A stretch of 32,000 nucleotides of DNA from Candidatus Saccharimonadota bacterium (lineage in GTDB: Bacteria > Bacteroidota > Bacteroidia > Cytophagales > Amoebophilaceae). The notes beneath the pieces were generated by a model. The model worked only from the letters and a program-made list of their open reading frames with translations. It made no database searches and was not told where the DNA came from. Below, one piece after another: positions 1-8,853 of the stretch (within the stretch, counting starts at the first letter, position 1; each line of letters begins with the position of its first letter). Location of the stretch: the NCBI RefSeq assembly GCF_003351905.1, contig NZ_CP022339.1, positions 120,001-152,000 of the forward strand. Reading direction: 5' to 3'. The position numbers and the translations under genes are program-made.

Positions 1-88
1 ACTAAAAGTCAGCCCTTAGCCTGCCTAAACAGGAAAGATAATAGTTGATTATTTGATTATGAATATAAATTAAAAATATAACAGTTAT

Positions 89-136
89 GATGTGGATTTA
101 TGGATAACTTTATCAAGTTATCCATAAATCCACATC
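89..136. repeat. Perfect 22-bp inverted repeat with 4-nt spacer (GATGTGGATTTATGGATAACTT tatc AAGTTATCCATAAATCCACATC)
   Basis: Read directly from the sequence. The arms at 89-110 and 115-136 are exact reverse complements. It lies in a non-coding AT-rich stretch left of the IS. No flanking T-run. Confidence 0.85.
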
Positions 137-401
137 TCAATCAAAATAAACCTTAAAAATGAAATATTTTTCTAACAAAAAATTTGCTTATTAACATAGT
201 GCGTGTAAATTATTTTTTTGGTTTGTCAAATTCTATTTTCAAATTTAATTAAAAAATGTGCCATAGCCTCACTCCAATTATGAATAGGGATAGTCCACTT
301 GTGTGTCGTAGAGAAGTATTATCATGAAAAAAAAGGTGGTAATATAAGCTTCATATAAGATGAAGGTAGGAATAAGGGGGAAATAAAGCTTGAAGATATA
401 G

Positions 402-1749
402 GGAAGTGTTCAATTAACTGTGTCAGTTTCGGGCTTCACGTCAACTCAGATTTGACTCTTCCAGGAAAAAAGATGTCTATCTGAGATATGGTCAGTGCCC
501 AGTTTCTGAGCGGCATAGTCCATTTATCCTCCATCTTCTTGATAGCGCAATATACTGATTTATACAAAGCATTGACACTGGTAAATGCCCCTTTTGTTTT
601 GGTAAACTGTCTAATTTGTCTATGGAGGCTTTCTATTGGATTGGTCGTATAAATTAGCCTTCTGACAGGATCTGAATATTTAAAGTAACCAGACAAATGC
701 TCCCAGTTGTTTTGCCAAGATTTGATAACCATTGGATACTTTTCTCCCCATTTTTCTTCTAATTCCAATAGATAATGTTCTGCAACTTCCTTATTTGAAG
801 CTTGATATACTTGCTTTAAATCAGTTAAAAAACGTTTTACATCTTTGCTAGCTACATACTTGATGGAATTGCGTATCTGGTGTACTACACAGACCTGCAC
901 CTGTGCATTGGGAAAAGCGTTATTAATGGCTGCAGGGAAGCTTTTTAGTCCATCAACACAGGCAATAAGGATATCTTCTACACCCCTTGCCTTAAGCTCG
1001 TTGAGTACACCTAACCAGAAATTAGCTCCCTCACTTTCAGATAAATAGAAGCCTAACACTTCTTTTTTACCCTCTTGATCTATGCCTAATAAGGTATACA
1101 GACATTTACTTACACATTTCCCATCTTCTTTAACCTTAAAAAACATACCATCCATAAAAACTATGGGGTAGACCGATTGAAGAGGACGGTTACGCCATTC
1201 ATTTATTACTGGCAATAAGCTATCTGTAATAGCCGATATTTCAGCAGCTGATACTTTATGATCATAGATTTCTTCAATATGAGCGGCTATAGACTTATAG
1301 CTCATACCACTAGAAAACATGCTTAAAATCTTGGTTTCCAGTTCAGGATGAAGATTTGTTTGACGCTTTTTAACTATTTGTGGATCGAAACTACCTGTTC
1401 TATCTCTAGGGGTTACCAAGTCAAAGGAACCAGAGCTTGTACGAAAAGTTTTACAACTTTTACCATTCCTTCGATTATTTACTATCCTCTCACTAGACAA
1501 ATGATGGGCCATCTCACCTTCTAGACTCGCCTCTAGAAGCTTTTTTATCAGAGGGGTTAATGCCCCACCTTTGCCTGTCAATGGCTTACCTAAACGGATA
1601 GAGGACAAAATGTTTTCCTCCAAATCTTTATAATCTACTAAACCAACGTAATCATTGTTCATATGCTCTTCCATGTCTAAAAACCTTTAGTCGTTAATTA
1701 TTTAATTTATAACTCTTTTAGGAATTGACACAGTTCATCGAACACTTCC
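402..1749 (-). mobile_element. IS256-family (Mutator-type) insertion sequence, about 1.35 kb
   Basis: A single transposase ORF is bracketed by imperfect terminal inverted repeats. The left repeat is GGAAGTGTTCAATTAACTGTGTCA (402-425). The reverse complement of 1726-1749 is GGAAGTGTTCGATGAACTGTGTCA, giving 22/24 identical. Size and IR length fit the IS256 family. No flanking direct repeat was found (AGATATAG versus AAATGGCT). Confidence 0.8.
436..1674 (-). CDS. IS256/Mutator-family transposase
   Basis: The 412-aa ORF has the typical family N-terminus (LTGKGGALTPLIKKLLEASLEGEMAHHL). The central region (VYPIVFMDGMFFKV, DILIACVDGLKSFPAAI, VQVCVVHQIRN) and the C-terminal TTNPIESLHRQIR motif also match the family. 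Confidence 0.9.
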   Translation of the reverse strand: MEEHMNNDYVGLVDYKDLEENILSSIRLGKPLTGKGGALTPLIKKLLEASLEGEMAHHLSSERIVNNRRNGKSCKTFRTSSGSFDLVTPRDRTGSFDPQIVKKRQTNLHPELETKILSMFSSGMSYKSIAAHIEEIYDHKVSAAEISAITDSLLPVINEWRNRPLQSVYPIVFMDGMFFKVKEDGKCVSKCLYTLLGIDQEGKKEVLGFYLSESEGANFWLGVLNELKARGVEDILIACVDGLKSFPAAINNAFPNAQVQVCVVHQIRNSIKYVASKDVKRFLTDLKQVYQASNKEVAEHYLLELEEKWGEKYPMVIKSWQNNWEHLSGYFKYSDPVRRLIYTTNPIESLHRQIRQFTKTKGAFTSVNALYKSVYCAIKKMEDKWTMPLRNWALTISQIDIFFPGRVKSELT

Positions 1750-2666
1750 AAATGGCTTATGGTGGCACTTCGAACTTGTTTTTTGATAGTTTCATCCATC
1801 AAAGCCCACAGTGGATTTGCGCCATAATCTATCAATAATCTAACCGTTTTTTCCTGATCCTTAATATTTTTAATCTCTTTTACCAATTCTAGTGGCGTTT
1901 GCATCTTATTGCTTATGCTATTAGGATTTGCACCCGCTTCCAGTAGTAATTGGATAACCGCTATCTGTCCAGGACTATCTCCATTTTTTATTACTTCTGT
2001 AAGCAATGTTTCTCCACGCATATTCCAGCCATTTAAATCTATCTTATGTTCGATTAAGCGCTTCATAAATGCGATATAAGCAGGCGTCTCAGTCACTTCT
2101 TCATAGGAAGGGGGGGCACTATCTGTAGCTTTTTCATAGGAAGGTGGTGGCGCTGTTGGGTCTTTATATGGGTCATCTAAAGATGTTACCATAAGGGTAA
2201 CTGGTTGTGCGTTTGATTGCTTTTTATATGATAAACTACTCTTACACGCATATTCCAGTATTAATGAGATGCCGCTATTTTTCACAATAGCCACCCTGAC
2301 TGATCCAGACTTATATGGAGTATGCATATCTATATATTTTCCTCTTCTTACTAAGAAATCCATGGCGCCTGTATCACCTTTTAGTGCCTTTGAAACTTCA
2401 GACAGACATCTATCAAGATCATTATAATCTTCCGAAACATCCTGATCACTTCTATCACATGGAGGCTTATCAGGCAGACTATCCTGCTTTATACTGGGAG
2501 TGTTGTTTAGATTCCTAGTACAAGTAACCAATGCTGTACAAAAATAAAAGCAGCCTAACATAGCAATGATCTGTTTGGCACGCAGTATACTACTCGCATG
2601 CTGCTTTGTTATTTGATGCGTATTAGGTACCATAACGATAGTTTCCAATTTATATTGGGTTAACAA
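1707..2666 (-). CDS. Membrane-anchored ankyrin-repeat protein with two PPxY motifs; the last ~13 codons and the stop lie inside the IS terminal repeat
   Basis: Hydrophobic helix at aa ~30-50. C-terminal ANK-like repeats (GETLLTEVIKNGDSPGQIAVIQLLLEAGANPN; QTPLELV...TVRLLIDYGANP). PPPSY and PPSY occur at aa 173-177 and 185-188. The reading frame runs into the IS end at 1749. Start codon uncertain (M1, M12 or M36). Confidence 0.7.
   Translation of the reverse strand: MLTQYKLETIVMVPNTHQITKQHASSILRAKQIIAMLGCFYFCTALVTCTRNLNNTPSIKQDSLPDKPPCDRSDQDVSEDYNDLDRCLSEVSKALKGDTGAMDFLVRRGKYIDMHTPYKSGSVRVAIVKNSGISLILEYACKSSLSYKKQSNAQPVTLMVTSLDDPYKDPTAPPPSYEKATDSAPPSYEEVTETPAYIAFMKRLIEHKIDLNGWNMRGETLLTEVIKNGDSPGQIAVIQLLLEAGANPNSISNKMQTPLELVKEIKNIKDQEKTVRLLIDYGANPLWALMDETIKKQVRSATISHLEVFDELCQFLKEL
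2103..2150 (-). other. Tandem PPxY short linear motifs (PPPSY-x7-PPSY)
   Basis: The reverse complement of 2136-2150 reads CCA CCA CCT TCC TAT. The reverse complement of 2103-2114 reads CCC CCT TCC TAT. Confidence 0.75.
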
Positions 2667-2781
2667 CTATATAATTGAATCGTAATACACAGTAAGCATT
2701 ATTAATAGAAAATACAATAGTTGAAACTCTATTTCTTTTGCCAGAGAAAAGCAGCATGGCTGCCGTTTGCCTATCTACATT

Positions 2782-4749
2782 TTACCGTAGCAGCTTTGCA
2801 ATTTCACTGATTTGTAATTGGCCAGGGGTTTGATAGTATATTTCTTTGGCATCTAACATCTCTCGAATCGTATCCAGTAGGGCTTTTTCTTTTTCATGAG
2901 GCACCGATGCAGTAAGTTTTTTTAAGTCCTGGTTGCCTTGCCTAATGGCATCCATAATATACTTGCGATGGGCGATCCTATCATTAGGGTCTATCGTTGG
3001 GTTTGCCTTTTCTTTGCAGCTATCACATTGGGTACAAATTGCTTCTGTTTCATCGAAGTAATCCAACAAAGTAGCCAAACGGCAGCGCCGGTTATTGGTA
3101 ACATATTGTATAACCGCTTCTATTTGTTGATAAGCTATTTTATTTTTTTGTTCAATTTTATGAATTGGTAAAGGTAATTCGGAAGCAAGATAGCGGGATG
3201 TTAAAAAAGTAATTTGTGGACTTGCTTTTTGAGGGAGGTATTCCAATACCTTTAACCGATGTAAAGCGTATAATTGCTCTTGTACCTTATATTCTGTAAG
3301 TTGAATCAACTGAGCTATTTTTTTTTCAAAAACTGTACAATAAGGCGTAAAAAGTGTACCACCATAGAGCCTTAAAAGGGCTTTGATGCATAAATCAAAA
3401 GCAGGATGACGCAATTGAAAGGCATACAATGCTTCCCTAGATAGGGGTATATAGATTTTAGATGGCTGGTAATAGGCTTCATTGAGTTGTATAAAACCCT
3501 CTGACTCTAATGCTTTTAATCCATAGTAGGCTTCTTTCGTATAGAGTCCGGTTGTCTGTTTAAAATCCGCTAAGTCAAAATCATAGCTTACAAAGGCATG
3601 TGAACCTACTGCTATTTTATAGTAATTAACCAGATGCTGGTAGACTTTTCGTACTTGGTCAATAGTGGGATAACTCTCCTTCCATTTTTGTTTTAACTGT
3701 GCAATATCTTGTAAATCATACCAAAGAATGGCATAGGCTATGGTATTATTGCGACCTGCCCTGCCTGCTTCTTGGCAATAGGCTTCTAATGAAGTGGGTA
3801 GGTCTAAGTGTACTACTAAGGAAACATCTGCTTTATCAATGCCCATACCAAATGCTGCTGTAGCCACCATGGTACGTACTTTGTTTTCACTCCATATGGC
3901 TTGTTTCATTGCTCTATCCGCCATGGTTAAACCGGCATGGTAAAAGGCACTGGTGATCCCATTGTTATGCAGAAAAGTAGCGATGGTTTCTGTTTTTTTG
4001 CGTGTGTTTACATAGATAATAGCCGGTCCAGAAGTGTGTTGTAAAGCTTTCAGCAGCTGTGCTTCTTTGTGCGCTGTTTTGCGCACCCAATAGACTAGAT
4101 TGGGTCTATAAAAAGTTTGTGCAAAAAGAAGGGGATGATTGAGTTGTAAACGATCTTTAATATCCTGTTTAACCGCTTTAGTAGCTGTAGCGGTAAAGGC
4201 TACAGTGTTGGCCTTTGGAATCATTTGCTTAAACTGCGCAATGTTTAAATAGGAGGGCCTAAAGTCATATCCCCATTGGGAAATACAATGGGCCTCATCT
4301 ACTACTAGCGTGGTAATAGACATGGTAGGGGCACGAAGCTTAAAGAGGTCTGTCTGTAAGCGTTCTGGGGATACATATAATAACTTCACGTTACCATATA
4401 CACAATTATCTAGTCTACGCTCTATTTCTACACTAGACATACCTGAAAAAATAGCCTCTGCATGAATGCCTCTCTGGGCAAGTTGGGTGATTTGGTCTTT
4501 CATCAGTGCAATAAGGGGTGTAACCACAAGGGTTAAGCCCTCTTTGCATAAAGCTGGTAATTGAAAACAAAGTGACTTTCCACTACCAGTAGGTAAAATA
4601 ACCAATAGATCTTTACCATCTAATATACCCTTAATGATGGATTCCTGAAGGGGTCTAAAGGAATGATATCCCCAATGGTTGCTTAATAGGTCATAAATAT
4701 GGTCCATGGTTGGGGGATAGCTTCCTAGCTGATGCAATGTATAGCACAC
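2782..4749 (-). CDS. recQ: ATP-dependent DNA helicase, RecQ family
   Basis: FRPLQ motif, Walker A PTGSGKS, DEAH box (VVDEAHCISQWGYDFRPSY), TATAT and QEAGRAGR. A RecQ-type Zn cluster C-x15-C-x2-C-x2-C sits at aa 556-578. The true start may be M15 (ATG at 4707). Confidence 0.85.
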   Translation of the reverse strand: MCYTLHQLGSYPPTMDHIYDLLSNHWGYHSFRPLQESIIKGILDGKDLLVILPTGSGKSLCFQLPALCKEGLTLVVTPLIALMKDQITQLAQRGIHAEAIFSGMSSVEIERRLDNCVYGNVKLLYVSPERLQTDLFKLRAPTMSITTLVVDEAHCISQWGYDFRPSYLNIAQFKQMIPKANTVAFTATATKAVKQDIKDRLQLNHPLLFAQTFYRPNLVYWVRKTAHKEAQLLKALQHTSGPAIIYVNTRKKTETIATFLHNNGITSAFYHAGLTMADRAMKQAIWSENKVRTMVATAAFGMGIDKADVSLVVHLDLPTSLEAYCQEAGRAGRNNTIAYAILWYDLQDIAQLKQKWKESYPTIDQVRKVYQHLVNYYKIAVGSHAFVSYDFDLADFKQTTGLYTKEAYYGLKALESEGFIQLNEAYYQPSKIYIPLSREALYAFQLRHPAFDLCIKALLRLYGGTLFTPYCTVFEKKIAQLIQLTEYKVQEQLYALHRLKVLEYLPQKASPQITFLTSRYLASELPLPIHKIEQKNKIAYQQIEAVIQYVTNNRRCRLATLLDYFDETEAICTQCDSCKEKANPTIDPNDRIAHRKYIMDAIRQGNQDLKKLTASVPHEKEKALLDTIREMLDAKEIYYQTPGQLQISEIAKLLR

Positions 4750-4804
4750 TTTTTGCTTGCTTTACCATAAATGACAAACAATAGAGCGGGCTAGTGCAGA
4801 ATAG

Positions 4805-5743
4805 CTATGTATGTAAATTGGATACCAGTCGAAGATAGATTGTTAATGCTTGTATATCTTTGCTATCTTTTGCCTCTAACCCTACTTCATATACAATATC
4901 ATTGAATAGCTTAATCCCATGTGGGAGCGTTTCTAATAGATCCTTATAACTCAAATTATACAGCTGATCTGCTAGCTGATCTATGATTTTTAGACTTTGT
5001 ACAATGGCTTCCTGGTTCTTTTTATATTTATATAGCGTACTACATGCCAGTTCTTTCTGGTGCGTTTGCTTAATTTTTTCCCATAGTGTTTGCCCATTAG
5101 TATGACAATCTGTGTGCCATTTTTTTATATTAGCTTGACATCGTTGTAGCTTACTAAGCAGTGAATCATATGTTTCTGAAATAAAGCAGATGAACCTGTT
5201 GTATGCTAGTTTTTCCTTAGTAAGTAGGATGGACCCTGGGTTATTATAGTGTGCTTTTATGCACGCTTTAAATGCCTGCATCAGCTTAGCATCCGCTTGG
5301 ACCTTTTTGATTGCCGCTATCAACGCTTGTTCATTGTCTTTTGTGGTTGCCCTTAATAGGTTGCCGAATGCATCATAACAGTTTTCTAAAAGCGTGGTAT
5401 CACGTTCTTTTTTTAATTTTGCTACTATTGTTACTGTTATTTCTTTAGTAAAGAAGTCATTCCATAGTGTATAGGGCTCTGACTCTGTACCCGTTATACG
5501 CCATTCAGGGTTTCGCTTTGCTAGTTTTTGGCTCCAATCAGTAATGGTATCGGGTGTGGATAGTATAAATGCTTCTTCCAATGAATCTAATAGGCCTAAC
5601 TTATAGGAATTTTGCGTATAATACCCCTCTTCTTCCTCATAGATGTAGGACTTATTTTTACATCCATCTGTACATCTACAGAAAAGAATCAGCACAAAAG
5701 TATAACAGAAATATTTTTTCAAATGCATTGTATGGTATCTCAT
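4805..5743 (-). CDS. Hypothetical secreted/lipoprotein-like, predominantly helical protein
   Basis: 312-aa ORF with a hydrophobic, Cys-containing N-terminus (KKYFCYTFVLILFCRCTDGC). No motif I recognise. The start may be M6. Confidence 0.5.
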   Translation of the reverse strand: MRYHTMHLKKYFCYTFVLILFCRCTDGCKNKSYIYEEEEGYYTQNSYKLGLLDSLEEAFILSTPDTITDWSQKLAKRNPEWRITGTESEPYTLWNDFFTKEITVTIVAKLKKERDTTLLENCYDAFGNLLRATTKDNEQALIAAIKKVQADAKLMQAFKACIKAHYNNPGSILLTKEKLAYNRFICFISETYDSLLSKLQRCQANIKKWHTDCHTNGQTLWEKIKQTHQKELACSTLYKYKKNQEAIVQSLKIIDQLADQLYNLSYKDLLETLPHGIKLFNDIVYEVGLEAKDSKDIQALTIYLRLVSNLHT

Positions 5744-5983
5744 CCCTGCTTAAAAGATTTATTCGATTGCTATTTTAGCATTACTTAATGCCCTATCTAG
5801 AATATTAAGCAAGATAGTTTTTTATCTCTTTTTTTCCTATTTCTAGCTTTGCATTTTTATGAATGGGTGCATGGCCTAAGCATCCAGTGGGTGGTTGATT
5901 TGTCTGTATACTTTTTTTGTCGTAGTTTTAGAAACTATAGGTATTATACTTTTGCAATTACTTTCACATTTTGATACTTACTT

Positions 5984-6838
5984 ATGGTGCTTGTACAATA
6001 CTTAAAGAAGTTTTTTCTCTGTTGCCTAATGGGTCTTTTTTTAAGTAGCGTATATGCTCAAGAAGCTAGTGATAGTGCGGAACGTCCTTTTCGCCAAGGA
6101 GAATGGTTAGAGTATCAGGTCTACTATGGTGGTTTTATACATGCTGGTACGGCCACTATGTGTGTGGATGAACAGTTGCATAAGCTCGAGGAGCATGTTT
6201 GCTATAAGATTCACGTACAAGGTGCCTCTAGTAAGGCATTGGGCCTTTTAGGTTTTAAGGTTTTAGATACATGGGAAACCTATTTAGATGTAGATAAGGC
6301 CTATCCATTACGCCCGCATAGATGTGTTGCGCACCTTCAAGAAAACGGCTACCTACGAAAAGAGCAGGTTGACTTTGATTATCAGTCTTATCAAGCTAAG
6401 GTAGAAATAACTGAGAGTAGCAAAAATATGGAGCGTGAGGTGAATTATCATCCACTTCCTAGTGCAAAAGACATTAAAGATCTAATTGGTGGCTATTATG
6501 CGTTGCGTTCCATTGATACGACAAAACTCAAACCAGGTGATAAGCTTATACTAACCGTTTTACATGATCAGCAGCTTTATGAAGATGTGGACATCTTATT
6601 TCTTGGGAAGAAGACCATTGCTACCAAACTAGGCAAAACATCTGCATTGGTTTTTGCCCCCTTAGTACCTATTGAGGATAGCATATTTTCTGGAACGCGT
6701 CCAGTGGAAGCATATATTTCGGATGATGTCAACAAAGTGCCTCTGAAATTAAAAGTTAACCTTGTAGTAGGTGCAGTAGAAATCGAACTCACAAACTATA
6801 AAGGTTTGAAAGAGGATATTCATTTCCAGCTATCTTAA
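5984..6838 (+). CDS. DUF3108-like exported protein
   Basis: Signal peptide (FLCCLMGLFLSSVYAQE). The GEWLEYQVYYGGFIHAGTATM block is typical of the DUF3108 family in Bacteroidota. A TAnnTTTG motif (TACTTTTG, 5947-5954) lies 30 bp upstream. Confidence 0.55.
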   Translation: MVLVQYLKKFFLCCLMGLFLSSVYAQEASDSAERPFRQGEWLEYQVYYGGFIHAGTATMCVDEQLHKLEEHVCYKIHVQGASSKALGLLGFKVLDTWETYLDVDKAYPLRPHRCVAHLQENGYLRKEQVDFDYQSYQAKVEITESSKNMEREVNYHPLPSAKDIKDLIGGYYALRSIDTTKLKPGDKLILTVLHDQQLYEDVDILFLGKKTIATKLGKTSALVFAPLVPIEDSIFSGTRPVEAYISDDVNKVPLKLKVNLVVGAVEIELTNYKGLKEDIHFQLS

Positions 6839-6859
6839 TCTTTATCATTTTGTATCTAT

Positions 6860-8278
6860 ATGCGCTCTGACTCTTTTAGTGCACTTCGCCCATTACTCGC
6901 ATCGCAAAACCTTACTACTATAGTTAGGCAGCTATTGCAGCATATTCAAGCGCAGCAAGATTTAAATGCGTTTGTAAATGTTTATGATCAAGAAATAATA
7001 GCAAATGCTGCTGTAGTCAACCAGAAAATAAAAGAAAATAAGGGCGGTCCTTTGGCAGGCATGGTAGTTGGTTTGAAGGATATGATTGCCTACAAAGACC
7101 ATCCATTGCAAGCGGGTAGTAAAATTTTGACCAATTATATATCGCCTTTTGATGCAACGGTTACAGAACGACTTTTGGCAGCTGACGCATTGATTATTGG
7201 CCATCAGAATTGTGATGAGTTTGGTATGGGCTCCTCGTCAGAAAATGCTTATTTCGGTACAGTGCTTAATCCTTTAGATAAAACAAGGGTAGCAGGTGGT
7301 TCTTCTGGTGGATCTGCAGCAGCTGTAAAAGCAAAAATGTGTCATGTTTCTATTGGAACAGATACAGGTGGATCTGTTAGGCAACCAGCTGCATTTTGTG
7401 GCCTTGTGGGCCTTAAACCTTCTTATGGCAGGGTTTCTAGACATGGCTTGGTGGCTTATGCTTCTTCTTTTGATACAGCTGGCATCTTTGCGCATACCGT
7501 AGAAGATTGTGCGGGTGTACTAGAGGTCATAGCGGGTCCTGATGCATTTGATGATACCGCAGCCGATCGAGCAGTTCCGCGTTATACCAATGCGTTGCCT
7601 GAATCAGGACGTTATAAAGTAGCCTGCTTAGCAGGAACACTTAGCCATGATGGGTTACAGCCAGAAATAAAAGCACATACATTGCGTGGCTTGGAACTTT
7701 TGAAAAAAGAGGGCCATCAAGTAGACCATGTCCATTTTGAACTACTCAAATATGCACTACCTACTTACTATATATTGGTGAATGCGGAAGCAAGTACCAA
7801 TCTAGCACGCTTTGATGGCATTCGGTATGGCTATCGCAGCAGTTATGCTACCACACTGGAGGAAGTCTATATCAAGACAAGAACGGAAGGTTTTGCTAAG
7901 GAGGTAAAAAAGCGGATTATGCTGGGTTCCTTTGTGCTCAGTGCCTCTCAATGTGAGACACACTATGTTAAAGCCCTAAAAGTACGTAACCTGATTAAAA
8001 AGGCTTTGCAAGATATCTTGAACCAGTATGATTTTATCATATTGCCTACCACTACTACTACTGCTTTTCGGGTGAATAGTTTTGCAAACAATCCAATATC
8101 CATGTATTGGAGTGACCTCTATACCGTGTTAGCATCGGTAGCTGGTTTGCCGGCTATTTCTTTACCTAATGGAGTAGATAATAAGGATTTGCCCATTGGC
8201 ATTCAAATCATTGGTAATTATTTTGAGGAGGCTAAGCTGCTTGCTTTTTCAAGTCACTTTGAGGCTATTGTACAATAG
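6860..8278 (+). CDS. gatA: Glu-tRNA(Gln)/Asp-tRNA(Asn) amidotransferase subunit A
   Basis: Amidase signature GGSSGGSAAAV...GTDTGGSVRQPAAFCGLVGLKPSYGRVSRHGLVAYASSFD. GatA-type N-terminus (LAGMVVGLKDMI) and 472-aa length. Confidence 0.9.
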   Translation: MRSDSFSALRPLLASQNLTTIVRQLLQHIQAQQDLNAFVNVYDQEIIANAAVVNQKIKENKGGPLAGMVVGLKDMIAYKDHPLQAGSKILTNYISPFDATVTERLLAADALIIGHQNCDEFGMGSSSENAYFGTVLNPLDKTRVAGGSSGGSAAAVKAKMCHVSIGTDTGGSVRQPAAFCGLVGLKPSYGRVSRHGLVAYASSFDTAGIFAHTVEDCAGVLEVIAGPDAFDDTAADRAVPRYTNALPESGRYKVACLAGTLSHDGLQPEIKAHTLRGLELLKKEGHQVDHVHFELLKYALPTYYILVNAEASTNLARFDGIRYGYRSSYATTLEEVYIKTRTEGFAKEVKKRIMLGSFVLSASQCETHYVKALKVRNLIKKALQDILNQYDFIILPTTTTTAFRVNSFANNPISMYWSDLYTVLASVAGLPAISLPNGVDNKDLPIGIQIIGNYFEEAKLLAFSSHFEAIVQ

Positions 8279-8418
8279 GCAAAAAAACATGGTTCGTTGT
8301 GCTTGTCTTGGGTAATATGACCAAAAGGCTCAATGGGTATATTTTTTTATTGCGTAACATAGCTATGGTCTATTTTGCATAGTGGCTGTAGCGTGTAACA
8401 TTTTAAATGATTGATTGT

Positions 8419-8853
8419 ATGAAAGTTCCAATTATGAACCAATCCAACCATCCATTACCTGCCTATGCTACACTAGGGGCTAGTGGCATGGATTTACGTG
8501 CTTGTACCCCTATCCCTATTGCTTTGACGCCTGGACAAAGGGTACTGATTGCCACCGGTCTTTATATGGCTTTACCACAAGGTTATGAGGCTCAAGTAAG
8601 GCCACGTAGTGGCTTGGCGTTACACCATGGCATTACCGTTTTAAATAGCCCTGGAACTATTGATGCAGATTACAGAGGGGAAATAAAAGTATTGCTTATT
8701 AACCTCTCTGATCAGCCCTTTGTAGTCCAAGATGGAGATAGAATTGCACAGCTAGTAGTGGCCAACTGTGCCTCCGTTCAGTGGCAAGTAGTATCTGGTC
8801 TAGACCAAACCGATAGGGGAACGGGAGGTCATGGCAGTACCGGTAAAGACTAA
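8419..8853 (+). CDS. dut: dUTP diphosphatase
   Basis: dUTPase motifs [38 protein letters not shown] and C-terminal [10 protein letters not shown]. The ORF track starts at 8407, but the ATG at 8419 (MKVPI) fits homologues better. Confidence 0.9.
   Translation: MKVPIMNQSNHPLPAYATLGASGMDLRACTPIPIALTPGQRVLIATGLYMALPQGYEAQVRPRSGLALHHGITVLNSPGTIDADYRGEIKVLLINLSDQPFVVQDGDRIAQLVVANCASVQWQVVSGLDQTDRGTGGHGSTGKD

Noticed and set aside
1-401. Replication origin call for the AT-rich region left of the IS
   Set aside because: Only degenerate DnaA-box-like 9-mers within one palindrome were seen. There are no dnaA/dnaN neighbours and no visible strand-bias switch in the window. It was downgraded to a low-interest finding rather than a feature.
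8850-8853. 4-nt overlap of the convergent dut and dusB stop codons
   Set aside because: It is real in the sequence, but tail-to-tail overlaps are common in compact genomes. There is no evidence of special function.
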